This document shows, in pieces, positions 61,006-64,000 of a stretch of 64,000 bases of DNA (positions within the stretch are counted from its first letter, which is position 1; each line of letters opens with the position of its first letter). The translations under genes and the position numbers were made by a program. The notes below the pieces were generated by a model, which was not told the DNA's origin, made no database searches, and saw only the letters and a list, made by a program, of their open reading frames with translations. Origin of the DNA: an uncultured Methanoregulaceae archaeon (GTDB taxonomy: Archaea; Halobacteriota; Methanomicrobia; Methanomicrobiales; Methanospirillaceae). The stretch is from positions 224,001 to 288,000 of the forward strand of contig CAWJAX010000002.1 in assembly GCA_963841015.1 (NCBI GenBank), in the 5' to 3' direction.

Positions 61006-61290
61006 ATGATTTCATCACCGGTTTTTGTCCTGTTCCTTGTATTCTACATCCTTATCAACGGGGTGGTATTTTTTTTCTATGCCCATGACAAGATCAAGGC
61101 GAAAAAAAACGCAAGGAGAACTCCGGAAAACCGGTTACTTTTTTTTGCCCTTTTCGGACCCTTGGGAGCCTGTGCTGCGATGCTGGTGTTCCGGCATAAG
61201 ACCCGGAAAATGAAATTTTATCTGGTGCCGGTGTGTGCAATGCTTCACATAGTACTGCTTATCTGGATGCTCCTGTATTTCATAGGGTAA
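61006..61290 (+). CDS. DUF1294 family membrane protein
   Basis: DKIKAKKNARRTPENRL, FRHKTRKMKF. Confidence 0.88.
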   Translation: MISSPVFVLFLVFYILINGVVFFFYAHDKIKAKKNARRTPENRLLFFALFGPLGACAAMLVFRHKTRKMKFYLVPVCAMLHIVLLIWMLLYFIG

Positions 61291-61352
61291 AAGACCATTT
61301 CTTTCCTCGATAAAACCCTGGTGAATCGGGAGGGAAAAATTGTGAAAAATGT

Positions 61353-61823
61353 TCACCGGACGGGAATATAAATCCCGGTGATAATCTCTTCTGGTTTCAC
61401 GAGCCGGGGATCATTGGTATATACCTCACGGATTGGTCCGGAAATCCGGAGTCCCTGTGCCTCGATCCAAGCAAAGAGCAGATGATACGTTGTCTCGCAG
61501 GATTCGTATGGCCCTTGGTGAACCGTATGTACCATTTTCCCGCCGGGAAGCTCATAGACGTTCATCTCCCGTGTACCCTTCACGGTCCCGGAAACCGGCC
61601 ATGCGACCTCGACCATGGCGGTTCCCTTCTCGTTTGCCTCCATCACTGCTTCAGGAGTAGTCTCGTGACAAAGAAAGATGGGGGCTCCGCTGATTTGGAT
61701 CTTATTCCCGACCGTGAATTCATAGATCTTCATCAGGAGTTCCGGGATAAGCATATAGGTCCCGGTCTTTTTCATCCCCAGCACCTGCCGGGCTGAGACT
61801 TCAACTATTGAAATATCATGCAT
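61353..61823 (-). CDS. GyrI-like small-molecule binding protein
   Basis: EVAWPV, LPGGKM..HQGPYE, GPIREVYTNDP; start refined to MHD at 61823. Confidence 0.85.
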   Translation of the reverse strand: MHDISIVEVSARQVLGMKKTGTYMLIPELLMKIYEFTVGNKIQISGAPIFLCHETTPEAVMEANEKGTAMVEVAWPVSGTVKGTREMNVYELPGGKMVHTVHQGPYESCETTYHLLFAWIEAQGLRISGPIREVYTNDPRLVKPEEIITGIYIPVR

Positions 61824-61946
61824 AGGAAGCACCATACCCCCATGGACGATATCCTTTATTGGATTATCCCTTGTGAAGGGTGAAAGTAATCCGATACATT
61901 TCAAACCATGCTTCTTTAATACCGGGTTTTGCCATACACTCTTTGA

Positions 61947-62433
61947 ATGCGAACCAACCGGCATCACTATTTTCTGGATCTGGCAACGCGGTGTGCACAC
62001 CAGGGCACCTGCCTGCGGCGTAACTTCGGGGCAATAATCGTTGATGAATACCATACGATCGTGTCCACGGGATATACGGGTGCCCCGCGAAAACAGATGG
62101 ATTGTACAGAACTCAATACCTGCTGGAGAAAAGACCATAATATTCCCTCGGGTTCCAACTATGAACGGTGCCGGAGCGTTCATGCCGAGATGAATGCGCT
62201 CCTCCAGGCAGGAAAGAACGCACGGGGATGCACGCTCTACCTCGCCGGATTTGATGTTGAGACAGATGAGCTGACCCAGATCTGGCCATGTTTCCTCTGT
62301 TCAAAAATGATCGTGAACAGTGGTATCACCAATGTCATATTACGGACAACCCGGGACAGCTGACAAGGAAATGGACCCGATGGTGCTTTACCAGATGCGG
62401 AGCAGGGAAGCGCTTGGGGACGATGCGAAGTAA
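61947..62433 (+). CDS. dCMP deaminase family protein, apparent frameshift near 62362
   Basis: TCLRRNFGA, TGYTGAP, VHAEMNA, WPCFLC; C-terminal tail YKEMDPMVLYQMRSREALGDDAK* in another frame. Confidence 0.85.
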
Positions 62434-62697
62434 GGGCGTGCATTTTAAATTTCATTCAATAGAAAAGGAATTCTCCAGAGCCTCAATATCGTAAGAAAAG
62501 CATCGGAAATGAACGTATGCGATCTGAACTGTAACTCTGATCATCCAGAGTATGCTTTACGATTCCCTGACCTGATGCCTGGTTCCCTGCGATATTAAGG
62601 TGACTTGTAAGAAATAATCTCATCATGCACAGCGCAGGTATTATTGAAAAGGTACACCCGAAGGCAAAATGAGAAAAAATGAAAAAATTTTGAAAAA

Positions 62698-62895
62698 TCA
62701 GAACCGGGGTTTCCGGTGTTTCGGGAGGCAATCCCTGCAATATACTGGCCTGCCCTCGGTTGGCTTGAATGGCACTTCGCATTCTTTGCCGCAGTCTGAA
62801 CAGGTTACTTTCGTCATTTCTCTTGGACCGGAGTCCCTTGGGCCGTAGTTTTTGGGGCCGCCATAATTGCTTGAACCATACATGGTATTACTCAT
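62698..62895 (-). CDS. CxxC-x17-CxxC zinc-ribbon protein
   Basis: CSDCGKECEVPFKPTEGRPVYCRDC. Confidence 0.9.
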   Translation of the reverse strand: MSNTMYGSSNYGGPKNYGPRDSGPREMTKVTCSDCGKECEVPFKPTEGRPVYCRDCLPKHRKPRF

Positions 62896-63022
62896 ACAGT
62901 ATAAAACTGTGCAAATCTATACGCCTCCTGAGCATAAGAACTTCTCTATTGCAGCCATTATTGGTACAGCACGGTATCCGGAGAGAATACCTGCACAATA
63001 ACTCAAATGCTCGCATTTTAAT
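62896..63022 (-). promoter_or_regulatory. TATA-like box and ~100-nt structured leader of the CxxC-x17-CxxC gene
   Basis: TTAAAA at ~63021-63016; pairings TGTGCA/TGCACA (62997-62992 with 62913-62908) and TTCTCT/AGAGAA. Confidence 0.35.
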
Positions 63023-63280
63023 GCGATTTCCCTGATTTTTTTTACGGTCAGTGGTGGGAATACTGGTGCCGGAAATAATTAAAAAAAACGTATTTTTTAT
63101 GGAGCGGTTTTTCAGGTTTGTTTAACGGGTAATTTTCTCGGATTGAACTAAAGGAGATAGAGAATATAACTTCCTGGATTTGCCCGCGCAGATTGTACTT
63201 ACCGGTATGCTGCCAGGTCGTATATCGATACGGATCCCCGCAATTATTACCCTTGCGCTTCCCTTCGCAGTCAGCTGTCG

Positions 63281-63781
63281 TCATTTCTGCCTCATTTCAT
63301 GGTAGATAGATACCAGCGAGAGGCTGATCAGGTTCAGGGTTGTGGCAGCATACCACACGTAGAGTTCAAAGGGTGTGAGTGTGGTGATCCATCCTGACCA
63401 GAGCATTGCGCAGATTATCCCAAACGTAAGAAGCGTATCGATCGCAAGAAAGACCATCGGTTTATTAAAAATCCGTCCTGCCTGGGCAATGGTGCAGTAT
63501 TCAAACGGTGCGGGGCGGTGGATGAGGTCAAGTGTTGATCGGCCGATATTCATCAGGAGATCAGCGGCTGCCCAGAAGATAACCAGCCACCCAAAGACCA
63601 CAAGAAAAAGGTCATCAGGTGCACCTGCCCGGGTAGCTGCTACACCAAAAAGCAGCTTAAAAAAGCAAAAGGGAATGCCAATAGTGAAGCTCAAAAAAAA
63701 CGGGCGCCGGAAGAATTTCAAAATAGCATCAGCATCGTTTTCACCAGGATATTTTTCGGTTTCGCGGGTTTTTGATGCCAT
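63281..63781 (-). CDS. Hypothetical membrane protein
   Basis: 166 aa, 4 hydrophobic segments, GGTGA site. Confidence 0.75.
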   Translation of the reverse strand: MASKTRETEKYPGENDADAILKFFRRPFFLSFTIGIPFCFFKLLFGVAATRAGAPDDLFLVVFGWLVIFWAAADLLMNIGRSTLDLIHRPAPFEYCTIAQAGRIFNKPMVFLAIDTLLTFGIICAMLWSGWITTLTPFELYVWYAATTLNLISLSLVSIYHEMRQK

Positions 63782-63944
63782 AGTGTCACCGGGAGACGGC
63801 TGTCAGGTATACTATATCGGACTGATATTTAAGAACTGGGTGATAGTTCCGGTGCCCCATCGCTATAAAAAAAGCTTGTCGAAAAAGCCTTTTACCTTGC
63901 GGGATAAAATACTAGAGAAATCCTATCCAAAAAGGTGAACAGAC

Positions 63945-64000
63945 ATGGGAATTTTTGACAAACTGACCGGAAAACCAGCAACGCTCACATCAAAGTCAGC
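63945..64000 (+). CDS. Partial CDS at window edge
   Basis: AGGTGA site then MGIFDKLTGKPATLTSKS, runs off the window. Confidence 0.55.
   Translation, partial: MGIFDKLTGKPATLTSKS

Noticed and set aside
61824-62183. N-terminal extension of the GyrI-like ORF overlapping the deaminase
   Set aside because: Antisense to the dCMP deaminase; the GyrI domain starts near 61823
63048-63284. 78-aa ORF overlapping the stop of the upstream membrane gene
   Set aside because: No motif; 3' half runs through AT-rich promoter-like sequence
1-64000. CRISPR array, tRNA, rRNA, SRP RNA, RNase P RNA, transposase, integrase
   Set aside because: No regularly spaced repeats or diagnostic signatures seen by eye; a covariance-model scan would be needed to exclude them fully

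Overview
64 kb of ordinary-to-accessory chromosome from a methanogenic archaeon, most likely Methanomicrobiales (Methanoregula-like). This is inferred from archaeal markers (aIF1A, Nre, UPF0305/DUF2115, COG1361 plus HAE3-type RND, GGTGA-type ribosome sites, TATA promoters). Main contents: a kdp operon with a KdpC-KdpA fusion and a KdpD lacking its histidine kinase; large purL plus purQ; a complete three-gene NHEJ operon (LigD polymerase, Ku, ligase-phosphoesterase fusion); a stress/repair cluster (ppk2, msrB, uvsE, mntP, ferritin-like); nre-dinB; several ABC/MFS/RND transporters; and a sensor kinase-GNAT fusion. Non-coding signals: a five-copy interspersed hairpin repeat, three ORF-free highly structured intergenic elements (candidate ncRNAs), and an aIF1A gene whose only plausible in-frame start is ATT. 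About ten genes carry apparent frameshifts, most at AGCT/GTAC sites. This looks like methylation-driven long-read consensus error, so single-base claims are provisional. No rRNA, tRNA, CRISPR array, transposase or integrase was recognised. All family assignments are from motif recognition by eye, not database searches.
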